Virus record (IMG/VR): IMGVR_UViG_3300002220_000233
Origin: a virus
Length of the DNA stretch: 64,000 nt
Strand: one strand, 5' to 3'
The notes beneath the pieces are model-generated. The model did no database searches, was not told the DNA's origin, and was given only the letters and a program-made list of their open reading frames with translations. Shown in pieces: positions 55,791-64,000 of this stretch. A program made the position numbers and the translations under genes. The stretch's first letter is position 1. Each line of letters begins with the position of its first letter.

Positions 55791-56082
55791 CGGATACGCT
55801 TTTACTTTTCATTTTTTTTATTTTTTCTATTTTCTGTTGGGGAACGAAACGCGTGTGAGAGGGTGGGGCCCAGGCTATCGCCAGCCAGCCAGCCCAGCTC
55901 CCCCTTTGACGACTCCCCCCCACCCCCGCGTTTGGACAGTCTAAATGGGAATTAGACAGATTCCGCAATCGGCAAGGCAAATGTGACGCTTGGCCACGGC
56001 GGGAACACAGGCCAGATGGGCGTTTCAAGGGTGCTCGGCCGATTTCCTGTAAGGGGAAACAACAACAGAAAGGAGAATCACC

Positions 56083-56394
56083 ATGAACCAAGACAGAAAG
56101 AAACAGCTACTTGCAATCGTTAGTCCTGAGAAGGTTGTCAGAGAAAAGAGCGGGATCAGCAACTACTTCATAGCCTGTGTATCCAGGGAACTAGCCAAGT
56201 CCGGGGAAGGCAAGGGTGTAACATTCGGCATGAGGGTTGAGCACCTGAAGGCCGAGCTGAAAGAGGCTTGCAAAGAGGATGCCAAATTCTATGCCGCCTT
56301 GCAGAAGAAGTATCCGGCTTTGGCTGAATTGAAGGCTCCGGAACGCAAGAAAACCGGCACGGCTCTGGATTCCCTGCTGGCAGCCCTTCGCTAA
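56083..56394 (+). CDS. Hypothetical early protein
   Basis: AAGGAG RBS; followed by a terminator. Confidence 0.7.
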   Translation: MNQDRKKQLLAIVSPEKVVREKSGISNYFIACVSRELAKSGEGKGVTFGMRVEHLKAELKEACKEDAKFYAALQKKYPALAELKAPERKKTGTALDSLLAALR

Positions 56395-56400
56395 CCCACC

Positions 56401-56432
56401 GGGGGCGACAGAAATGTCGCTCCCCTTTTTTT
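56401..56432 (+). terminator. Rho-independent terminator
   Basis: GGGGGCGACA-GAAA-TGTCGCTCCCC followed by T7. Confidence 0.85.
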
Positions 56433-56694
56433 GCCTGCGATTTCGGCTACTTACCCCGTTTTCCCCTGCCCCCTGGCTCGGCTCCTCGGCCTCCGGGAAT
56501 GGTTGAGGGGTTGCGGAATGGGTGGATGGCAGGGTGCGGGAGGGAGCGAGGAGGTGAGCGGATGTTCAAGTGATGTAAGGGTACCACGGGGTGTGGCTGC
56601 CACCCTGAAAGAAAACCAGCCCTCTTCTATCTCATCGAGCTGAGGTTCGGTGGTGTAGAAGGGCAGTAAATACAGGTGGATGGGAGGTGTGGAT

Positions 56695-56886
56695 ATGTTA
56701 CAGGTCATAGTCAAGTGTCTTGGAATCACAATGATATTGGTTGCTGGCGTGCTGTTCGGCGTAATGGCATGGGTGTTCGTTCAGCTCAAGGACTACGCCA
56801 TGACGACCGGCTTTATTATGATGGCCCTGCTGTGCCTGATCATGGGCATCGGCGCTGTTGAGTTCATGCTGATGGACAAGGAGTAA
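56695..56886 (+). CDS. Small two-TM membrane protein
   Basis: GGAGG RBS; two hydrophobic segments. Confidence 0.6.
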   Translation: MLQVIVKCLGITMILVAGVLFGVMAWVFVQLKDYAMTTGFIMMALLCLIMGIGAVEFMLMDKE

Positions 56887-57012
56887 GGAGTAGGACATGA
56901 GAAAGATCCGCCTCGGCAAATATACCGGATTCAGTTTCGGCTTTGAGGCTGGGTCGTTCTATGTGGATGTAATGACTCCGTGGTTCTATACCATCATGGA
57001 GTTCAGGGTTAA

Positions 57013-57252
57013 ATGGCAGTTTTTGAGATACGGAGGATGACGATGGATAATACCTATCAGGTTAAAATCTGTATCAGCGGTGAGGTCGCCGTGTATTACA
57101 AGGTCGCACCCTCATGGCAGCGGGCACGGCATCTGGCAATAGTCAATGCAATGAAGGATTACAGTAAAGGGTTCGCAGAGATACACCGCTGCGATTATGA
57201 CATTAAACAGGTAGCCAAGAGAGGAGACGATGGAGATGGAAATGGACATTGA
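57013..57252 (+). CDS. Hypothetical protein
   Basis: ORF in early cluster; start may be the internal Met after GGAGG. Confidence 0.5.
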   Translation: MAVFEIRRMTMDNTYQVKICISGEVAVYYKVAPSWQRARHLAIVNAMKDYSKGFAEIHRCDYDIKQVAKRGDDGDGNGH

Positions 57253-57398
57253 TGAGCGGAGGGAGTTGCAGTTCCAGATGAACAGGATGTTCAGGGACGC
57301 GGAATGGGAGAAGAAGTATGAGGAGAAGATGCGGGCATTCAATAGCCAGAGGAGGGTCGGCGCCAACGGTCAGGTGGTGCTGAAGAGGGAGGTGAGTC

Positions 57399-57692
57399 AT
57401 GGGTAAGGAGAAGTTTATACCGACAGTGGTTATCTACGTGGAGGATGGACAGGTCAAGCTGGTGCAGTCTGACGTCCCATATCTGGTTTACCTTGTCGAC
57501 TATGACGTCGACTCCCTTGAGTGTGCCATTGTGCTTGAGACGTCAGCAACCGACCCTGATCCTGACTATGTCTATATCGATGAGCTGGAGGCTGAGGTTG
57601 ACGCTGATGCTGTCAATGCCATCGCCGACCTCTATTTCGAAACCTATTGCTATGAGGATGATCCCGTCCCGGGGGCCGTCAGGAAGGAATGA
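57399..57692 (+). CDS. Acidic hypothetical protein
   Basis: GGAGG RBS; VVIYVEDG.V..V.SD...VDYD. Confidence 0.6.
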   Translation: MGKEKFIPTVVIYVEDGQVKLVQSDVPYLVYLVDYDVDSLECAIVLETSATDPDPDYVYIDELEAEVDADAVNAIADLYFETYCYEDDPVPGAVRKE

Positions 57693-57707
57693 GAGGAGGG
57701 AGATGAA

Positions 57708-59318
57708 ATGGGAAAGAAGATGGTGGCAAAGATGGCCGAAACGCCACTGACCATAGGGGCTGAAGTCAGCAAGACGTCATTGCCCAAGAAGAAGAAACCT
57801 CTGCATACCTGCTGGCGTTGTGATCAGGGAATCTTCGAAGAGGACAAATGGCATGATGTCCCTATGGCGTCAGAGGGCGAAACAGTCGTTCTCTGTGACG
57901 ACTGCATGGACTATGTGGTTGAGTGCGATGACTGCGGAGAATATGCAGATATAAACGAGGTTACGGAAGTGTTCGGAGGCGACAAGGTATGCAGTGGATG
58001 CCTTGATGACTATAACAAATGTCAGGACTGTTGGATCTATGCGTCAGATAATAACTTCATCACGGACAGTGGCACCAATGTTGCCGTCTGTGAGAAATGT
58101 TACGAGAACAATTACTTCACCTGCCAGGACTGCGAGTACGTCTACCATGTAGATGACCATGCGGAAGACAGTCATTGCTCGGAGTGCTGGAGTGAGAATC
58201 ATTCCTGTGACGAAGATGAGGGAGAAGAGTATTGTCAGGAGGAACAGGGGGATCAGGGGGCCGAGGTCCTGTTTACAGCAAAGTCAGCGGGAACATGGGG
58301 CGGGGGGAACTTTTCCACCCCCGTCATCAACAGGCAGGGAACTGCGTTGGTTCACTTTGAATGTGCGGTTAAGACGTTCTATCTCCTGTATGCACTGGAG
58401 GAACGTCTGTCACGCAAGCGGTCAGAGCTGCTGTATTCCGTAAAGCGGGAAATGACTGCATACTCAAGCAAGTTTGCCCGTGCGTTGTTCGACTACATGG
58501 CGATAGCAAGTATTGGTGAAGCACGGCACGCACAGTGGAATCCTGCTGACAAGATGATCAAGGGGTTCTATTCACACGAGCTTCGGACCAACCGGACTCT
58601 GGTGTATTCTCAACTGGCACACACGGTTGACCCGATCGCATCGGCGCCTGCGTTGATCGAGGTGTTCGGATCGAAGTGGAAGGAGCAAGGATACGGCGGG
58701 CCCAAATGGGAGAGCATTGTCAGGGGGTACGCCACCTATCCGGACAGAATATCAGACGTTCTGTTCATCGACATGGTGATTAACAAGCGGCATAACGGGT
58801 CACTGGCATTTGACAAGGGTGTGATCTTTAAGATGCCTGACGGGCAATCAAGGGTGCTCTCATTCCTTGACTATCGGCGGGAGAAGGATCTGTTGGAGTT
58901 CGCCTATAATCAGATCTATCCAATTACTCCGGAGCTGTTCACCTTGCTTGAGGCTGCGGAGCGGGAACGGATCATCAAGCGTTTCCCGAGAGATATCAGG
59001 ATAGTGGAGATTCGATGGTCCCCGCCTGTTCGATGGGGAAGCATTGTGCTTGAAGCATGCGACAACGTGCGGCCGGTCAAGGCTGTTTCGGAGGGTGATG
59101 GTGATGAGAAGTGCCTGGACTGCGGGTTCAAGTTGAGTAATTGTGAGTGTGAATGTACGGAGGAGGCTGACAACACAGAGCAGATCGAAGGAGAATCAGT
59201 CAATGAGCAAGCATCGGAAGAAATATCGCAGGAGGAATACTATGGGGACATCTACAGCAAATATAGGGAGACGATCAGCGGGCTGGCAGACGTGGCGGGA
59301 CGCAATCATGCCGCGTGA
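57708..59318 (+). CDS. Protein with tandem CxxC zinc-ribbon repeats and a helical C-domain
   Basis: About eight CxxC pairs in the N-terminal third; GYGGPKW. Confidence 0.7.
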   Translation: MGKKMVAKMAETPLTIGAEVSKTSLPKKKKPLHTCWRCDQGIFEEDKWHDVPMASEGETVVLCDDCMDYVVECDDCGEYADINEVTEVFGGDKVCSGCLDDYNKCQDCWIYASDNNFITDSGTNVAVCEKCYENNYFTCQDCEYVYHVDDHAEDSHCSECWSENHSCDEDEGEEYCQEEQGDQGAEVLFTAKSAGTWGGGNFSTPVINRQGTALVHFECAVKTFYLLYALEERLSRKRSELLYSVKREMTAYSSKFARALFDYMAIASIGEARHAQWNPADKMIKGFYSHELRTNRTLVYSQLAHTVDPIASAPALIEVFGSKWKEQGYGGPKWESIVRGYATYPDRISDVLFIDMVINKRHNGSLAFDKGVIFKMPDGQSRVLSFLDYRREKDLLEFAYNQIYPITPELFTLLEAAERERIIKRFPRDIRIVEIRWSPPVRWGSIVLEACDNVRPVKAVSEGDGDEKCLDCGFKLSNCECECTEEADNTEQIEGESVNEQASEEISQEEYYGDIYSKYRETISGLADVAGRNHAA

Positions 59319-60156
59319 ATATTATGATGATCAGGAGTTCATTGATGCGACTCAGGGAAACCCGTATGGAGATGATGATTACGCATCAAATGAGGATCTC
59401 GCGGGGATACCGGCTGAACTATGGCCGGAAGTCGACAAGAAAGGAAAGGACAGGAAAATGAATCATGCAGGTAATGTATCTGACGATAAGAGTGGCACCA
59501 AGAAAACCGAGTCTCTCTGGCCGAACATATGGGATAAGAAGCCTTATGTTTACACCTCGTATTCCACCCCTGAATGTCACAAGGGGAATATTCTGGTGTT
59601 CACCCACGGGAACATATCGGTATACGGTGGAGGCAATTCCCGTGAGATGAAGATCTGGGAGGATGCGTTCATGCTTGATATGGGCGATGTGATTGATGAG
59701 GATTACGTTCAGTTCGCAGGGTGCAGTTACCCGGAACTATACACCATCAAGCTCATCAAGGTGGCGTGTAAGGACTTTGGTGTTCCAAATGTGGGCAATA
59801 CGTTCTGGAGCAGGCTGGTGGACATCCTGAAGCGTGAATCAGCTGACAAGCCCATCAAGGTGGTGTGCTGCTGCATGGGCGGGCATGGACGTACGGGCCT
59901 CGCGTTGAGCATCCTTGCAGGGCTCTTCGATGTTGTGCCGCCAGAAGACTGCCCTGTTGAATGGGTGAGGGAGCATTACTGCAAGTATGCGGTGGAGTCC
60001 AAGAAGCAGTTATCTTACATAGAGGAGGTGACGGGACGGGAAGTAAAAGCGAAAGAACCGGAAAGCAAGTGGCCAGCAGTAACGACACCATTGAAAGGAG
60101 GTGAAACTACGAAGGAAAAGGAGGAAACTACATATCCGTACAACTATGGATATTAG
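59308..60156 (+). CDS. Protein-tyrosine/dual-specificity phosphatase-family protein
   Basis: DFGVP; CMGGHGRTG (Cx5R); VR..YC..AVE...Q. Confidence 0.8.
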   Translation: MPREYYDDQEFIDATQGNPYGDDDYASNEDLAGIPAELWPEVDKKGKDRKMNHAGNVSDDKSGTKKTESLWPNIWDKKPYVYTSYSTPECHKGNILVFTHGNISVYGGGNSREMKIWEDAFMLDMGDVIDEDYVQFAGCSYPELYTIKLIKVACKDFGVPNVGNTFWSRLVDILKRESADKPIKVVCCCMGGHGRTGLALSILAGLFDVVPPEDCPVEWVREHYCKYAVESKKQLSYIEEVTGREVKAKEPESKWPAVTTPLKGGETTKEKEETTYPYNYGY

Positions 60157-60219
60157 GACGCGTTGTCGGTCAAACTTAAACAATAACCTCAATTACCCAA
60201 GTATAAAGGAGATAATATC

Positions 60220-60414
60220 ATGGCACAAGCAACATTCGCGAAATCCGCAGCGGCATCCGGCAAGATGTACATTATCATTCAGGCCCGCATGATCGACGAC
60301 ACGATCAAATTCCAGGGGATCGGCAACAAGAAGAACCGTGAGTATGGCGTCAGCGATGCTTGCGACGCCTCCTGTCTGCCCATGCTCGCAGAGTTCCTGA
60401 AGAATAACGAATAA
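60220..60414 (+). CDS. Hypothetical protein
   Basis: AAGGAG RBS; followed by a hairpin at ~60432-60463. Confidence 0.6.
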   Translation: MAQATFAKSAAASGKMYIIIQARMIDDTIKFQGIGNKKNREYGVSDACDASCLPMLAEFLKNNE

Positions 60415-60550
60415 TTATCGGCGCCATCGCCGGGTAGCCATCGTCCATACGAGGTGGCTGCCCTCCTCTACTTATAGTCATCAACAGGGCACAGAGACAC
60501 GGAGGATGCTTCTGTGTCCGATTGAGAACTATAAAATAAAGGAGGTGGGT

Positions 60551-60841
60551 ATGAATCAGAAGGATAAACGGGATCTTGAACGAGCACAGCGGCGGTATGA
60601 TTCAATGGAGCATCCCGATTACTGGAGCGACGAGGGGGATGAGTACACGGATGAGGAAATCGCGGAGATCGAGAGGAAGATGGACTGGGATGAGCTGAGC
60701 GAGGATGGTAAACAGCGGAGGCATGAGAGGCTGTTGGAGTATGCGGACCTCAGGAGGAAGGAGATTAAAGAGGATGAGATGCTCCGCAGCATGGAAAAGG
60801 ATATCAAGATGGTGTTCACGCCGAGGAAGGAGGGGACATGA
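60551..60841 (+). CDS. Charged hypothetical protein
   Basis: AAGGAGGT RBS. Confidence 0.6.
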   Translation: MNQKDKRDLERAQRRYDSMEHPDYWSDEGDEYTDEEIAEIERKMDWDELSEDGKQRRHERLLEYADLRRKEIKEDEMLRSMEKDIKMVFTPRKEGT

Positions 60842-61104
60842 GCAAGCGTATAGTGTCGACGGAATGGGGCATGCGCAGGCAGTATTGTCATTGTGATGTG
60901 CTCGCCAAGGGAGGTAGCGATAATAGCGGATGGAGCATTGCCGTCAATATGAGTGTTCCGCTTACCGCGGGCTCTGCTGATAAAATGTGCGATGTCTGCG
61001 GCATGTATCCCTGGACATTCAAGAGGCTGAAGGATGAGAAGAAGTGGAAGGAACTGGCGGGGTATATACCGATTAGAGAAAGAGGGAAGGAAGGAGGGGG
61101 ATGA
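60838..61104 (+). CDS. Hypothetical Cys-containing protein
   Basis: ATGA coupling. Confidence 0.55.
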   Translation: MSKRIVSTEWGMRRQYCHCDVLAKGGSDNSGWSIAVNMSVPLTAGSADKMCDVCGMYPWTFKRLKDEKKWKELAGYIPIRERGKEGGG

Positions 61105-61371
61105 ATGGGACTCTATAAGCCCAAGCCGAGGAATTATGAAGAGAGGTATAAGAATATAAAGCCGGGGAGGATGAAAGGTATGAAAGCTGGAGATGGAATG
61201 ATTACAAGGGCAAAGGGTGGGGCGGATGAGCGGCAGGTTCATATTAACGACGTGCAGATACCTGATCTGTGGCATTTGGCGATGTGGCTCAAGGGTAGCG
61301 CTGATATGATTTTGGAGACCTGGTATCTGGCGCATGATTTGAAGAATCACATTCGGAGGGAGATAGAATAA
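61105..61371 (+). CDS. Hypothetical protein
   Basis: Contiguous ORF with RBS. Confidence 0.55.
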   Translation: MGLYKPKPRNYEERYKNIKPGRMKGMKAGDGMITRAKGGADERQVHINDVQIPDLWHLAMWLKGSADMILETWYLAHDLKNHIRREIE

Positions 61372-61372
61372 C

Positions 61373-61696
61373 ATGAGGTTAATGACGGCGGAAATTACCA
61401 AGGCGGCACAGAAGCAGTATAAGCTGGGTGCGGACATGGAGAAGCAGAAGGTAGTCGGGAAGTTCTTCGATCCGACGGGTGAGTGGACATGGTATCTGAT
61501 GTCTCAAGACCCCAAGGACCCCGACTATCTCTGGGGCATTGTCAGGGGATTTGAGGTTGAGATGGGTAGCTTCAGCCTCAGTGAGCTGGAGTCGGTGAAG
61601 GGTAGGTTTGGGCTGGGCATTGAACGGGACAAGTTCTTCAAGCCTCGGCCTGCGAAAGAAGTTTGGGACCTGCTGAATGCAGGGAAACATGTGTAA
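61373..61696 (+). CDS. DUF2958-family protein
   Basis: KFFDP...WTWY..G.V.GFEVEMGSFSLSELE...GL.IERD..F. Confidence 0.8.
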   Translation: MRLMTAEITKAAQKQYKLGADMEKQKVVGKFFDPTGEWTWYLMSQDPKDPDYLWGIVRGFEVEMGSFSLSELESVKGRFGLGIERDKFFKPRPAKEVWDLLNAGKHV

Positions 61697-61706
61697 AGGA
61701 GGAGGT

Positions 61707-62201
61707 ATGGTATTCACATCTTCGGAGTCGCTGTTTGAGTATCTTACCATGACATATCATGTTCAGGACAGGCCGTCTGTGGATATCGCTACATTCGGCA
61801 TGTATCTTGGATTTGCAAAGGGTAAGGACTGGCATATAACACATCCTCAGGCGCCAAGGAAGTTCATAGACATTGTGGATAAGAGTAATCTTCGTATCCT
61901 GATTGGCAAGCCTGTCCTGATGCCCTGTGTCCCTGATTGTCAGCATTGCACCAAGATATATGAGGATAAACAGAAGGAGGTGGGCAAGACAATAAGAGAG
62001 TTGGCTATTGTGGCCAAGCTGGTAGACAAGTTTCACATGAAGATGTATCGGGTGGGTAATGTGTATGTGTCTGGCGGAATTAACTTGGGGCCATCGAACT
62101 GGGTTGATGTGTCGTTTACTATAGATGATGCAGAACAGCAGATGGTAATGCAGAAACTATTTGATGAGGTATGGGAAGGAGGAACAATATCATGGGGTTA
62201 G
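61707..62201 (+). CDS. Phospholipase-D-fold (HKD-like) protein
   Basis: FHMKMYRVGN...SGGINL. Confidence 0.55.
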   Translation: MVFTSSESLFEYLTMTYHVQDRPSVDIATFGMYLGFAKGKDWHITHPQAPRKFIDIVDKSNLRILIGKPVLMPCVPDCQHCTKIYEDKQKEVGKTIRELAIVAKLVDKFHMKMYRVGNVYVSGGINLGPSNWVDVSFTIDDAEQQMVMQKLFDEVWEGGTISWG

Positions 62202-62743
62202 ATCAATACTTAACCAGGCGTACCTATGTAAAGAACTGGGACCATCATCCCGAGGAGAAGAAGCACAAGGTTACTGTCAAGCGGGGGCGCAGCATCCGGA
62301 AGGATATCAAGCCGGAGCGCATATCCTATGTCATCGAGGAGATTGGATACTGGAGGAAGGCCAACCAGATTCATAAATGGTTCGTGGAGAATTGTCAGGA
62401 TGGTACGGATGACTGCAGGGATGCTTATGTGGCCCACGAGAGCCTCAAGGAACTTCTGGGCATCTGCAAGACAGTCTGGAATTCCATTGAGCTTGTTGAT
62501 GCGAGGGTTGCGAACGGGTACACGTTCAAGGACGGGAAAGAGGTCCCGATCATGGAGGATGGGAAGACGATTAAAGATCCTTCTACAGCGATAGAGCTGC
62601 TGCCGGGAGTAAAGGGTTTCTTCTTCGGGAACACGCAGTATGACCAGTGGTATGCGAAGGACATCAAGCATACTATTGAAATCCTCCAGGATATTCCGTG
62701 GGATGAAGATGAGGGGGAGTATTACTATCATTCAAGCTGGTGA
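62192..62743 (+). CDS. Conserved phage hypothetical protein
   Basis: MGLDQYL..YWRKANQIHKWF..LLP...GFFFG...YD.WY..YYYHSSW. Confidence 0.75.
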   Translation: MGLDQYLTRRTYVKNWDHHPEEKKHKVTVKRGRSIRKDIKPERISYVIEEIGYWRKANQIHKWFVENCQDGTDDCRDAYVAHESLKELLGICKTVWNSIELVDARVANGYTFKDGKEVPIMEDGKTIKDPSTAIELLPGVKGFFFGNTQYDQWYAKDIKHTIEILQDIPWDEDEGEYYYHSSW

Positions 62744-62758
62744 AAGGAGGAGGATAAG

Positions 62759-62950
62759 ATGGCGTGGGTTGTAGGATTATCAGATGATGCGGAAATCAGG
62801 CGGATCAAGAACGCCGGGTATGATGAAGTCAGGACTGATCTTGATTTTGGCGACATCCATCCGGTGCTTAAGCCGGACACAGGTGACAAAGCTGTTGCAG
62901 TATTCGTAGACTGTGATGTCAGCGAGCTGCTTGACATGAAAGGAGAGTAA
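62759..62950 (+). CDS. Hypothetical protein
   Basis: Strong RBS. Confidence 0.55.
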   Translation: MAWVVGLSDDAEIRRIKNAGYDEVRTDLDFGDIHPVLKPDTGDKAVAVFVDCDVSELLDMKGE

Positions 62951-62951
62951 C

Positions 62952-63419
62952 ATGGGAGAGGCAACATATTACTGCAAGATATTCTTTGAAAGTGAGCGGG
63001 CTGCCAAAGTTGCGTTGCCCAAGGTGGAGAAGTTCTTCAAGCAGGGCATCAAGGCGTATAACTATTGGCAGAAGCATCGTGACAGCAAGACAACGGCCGC
63101 GCAGTTCTGGATTGATATCGACAAGAAGTTCCCGGAGATCGGGAATTACCTGAGATACGCCAAGTTGTATGGAGGTGACAAGAACAACAAGCTGGCGGGG
63201 CAGCTGGACTTCGGCTCCATGGACGACCTGAGCAACCTCGGCGTTAATAAGAGCGAGCGTGATTCAGAATGGGCTATTTGGTACAGCGCGATGGTCTGGC
63301 ATTTTGCAGACTGGAACAAAATCATGGAGTTTATTGTGAAGCGTTACGAAGCAGAGGAGGCTTCGTGGATATCGGATGAGTATGTTAATTACTTTGACTT
63401 ATGCAGGAGGGGGGACTGA
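62952..63419 (+). CDS. Hypothetical protein
   Basis: AAGGAG RBS. Confidence 0.65.
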   Translation: MGEATYYCKIFFESERAAKVALPKVEKFFKQGIKAYNYWQKHRDSKTTAAQFWIDIDKKFPEIGNYLRYAKLYGGDKNNKLAGQLDFGSMDDLSNLGVNKSERDSEWAIWYSAMVWHFADWNKIMEFIVKRYEAEEASWISDEYVNYFDLCRRGD

Positions 63420-63421
63420 AA

Positions 63422-63853
63422 ATGAGGCCAGAGAGAAAAGTAAAGCTATATACGTCGAAACAAAGGGAATGGATAGAGTCGAACATGGAGGGGATGGAGG
63501 ATAAATATGTCACTCCCCTGATGATCTCTCAATACACGGACATATTCAACAGCGAGTTCGGAACTGATAGAACAGAGACTGCCATTGCCGCACAGTTCAG
63601 GGCGGCCAAGACCAAGTTAAAGCTGCCTGTGAGGATCGCATATACCGGAGTGTCTGACAGATCTCCGGTGAAGGTAATCCCTGCGCAAAGGGTGCTTCCC
63701 CCCAAGATAACCGATCGCATTCCGGTTATGATGAGGGAGCTGGATGCCGCGTTCAAGGATCTGGTCCGGCAGAATGATGAGCTGAGGGGGGAATTGAGGA
63801 AGCTGGCCGAGGTCAGGGCGGCGATTGATAGATACAGGAATGGAGGGAAATAA
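63422..63853 (+). CDS. Hypothetical protein with C-terminal coiled coil
   Basis: GGAGG RBS; FNSEFGTDRT..AI motif. Confidence 0.6.
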   Translation: MRPERKVKLYTSKQREWIESNMEGMEDKYVTPLMISQYTDIFNSEFGTDRTETAIAAQFRAAKTKLKLPVRIAYTGVSDRSPVKVIPAQRVLPPKITDRIPVMMRELDAAFKDLVRQNDELRGELRKLAEVRAAIDRYRNGGK

Positions 63854-64000
63854 CCATGACAACAATAAGCTTCAATATCTACTTTGAAGACCTGAAACCG
63901 GATGCCCAGAATGAACTGCTGTTGGCATTCGACACCACGGAGAAGGAGGAGGACTGGGATGCGCAGCCGCTGTTCATCATAGAACGGGAGGTGGAGGATG

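Larger units (their letters stand above)
1..64000. mobile_element. Tailed dsDNA bacteriophage genome segment (podovirus-like); no host-like genes or att sites seen
   Basis: TerL, portal, scaffold, capsid, tail and endolysin genes in phage order, with dense small ORFs elsewhere. Confidence 0.95.

Noticed and set aside
1..64000. tRNA, rRNA, reverse transcriptase/DGR or alternative genetic code
   Set aside because: None recognised by eye; genes are intact under the standard code with all three stop codons used

Overview
This window is almost certainly a large part of a tailed dsDNA phage genome with a podovirus-like layout: no tape measure or sheath, tubular-tail-like genes and very large internal virion proteins. 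A minus-strand late operon (2.5-44.2 kb) runs TerS, TerL, portal, Gly-Thr-Ser-repeat fibre proteins, lysis genes, scaffold, major capsid protein, tail proteins and a 3765-aa polyvalent virion protein. A plus-strand block (44.4-64 kb, apparently continuing at 1-2.5 kb) holds a repressor-like HTH, recombination and replication genes, a glycosyl/methyltransferase module and many small early genes. Most notable: (1) TerL has two inteins. The first splits the Walker A motif and has no in-frame endonuclease, but carries an RBS-led HNH endonuclease gene entirely on the opposite strand. The second ends in Gln. (2) The capsid gene is split by a group I intron carrying a LAGLIDADG gene. (3) An Aah/TibC-like O-heptosyltransferase fusion co-occurs with virion proteins built from hundreds of Ser/Thr-rich GTS residues, suggesting phage-encoded fibre glycosylation. 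(4) A strictly 8-bp-phased non-coding array lies next to an RHH-like gene. (5) There is an Acb2/Tad1-like sponge candidate. Product calls come from motif recognition by eye, not database searches.
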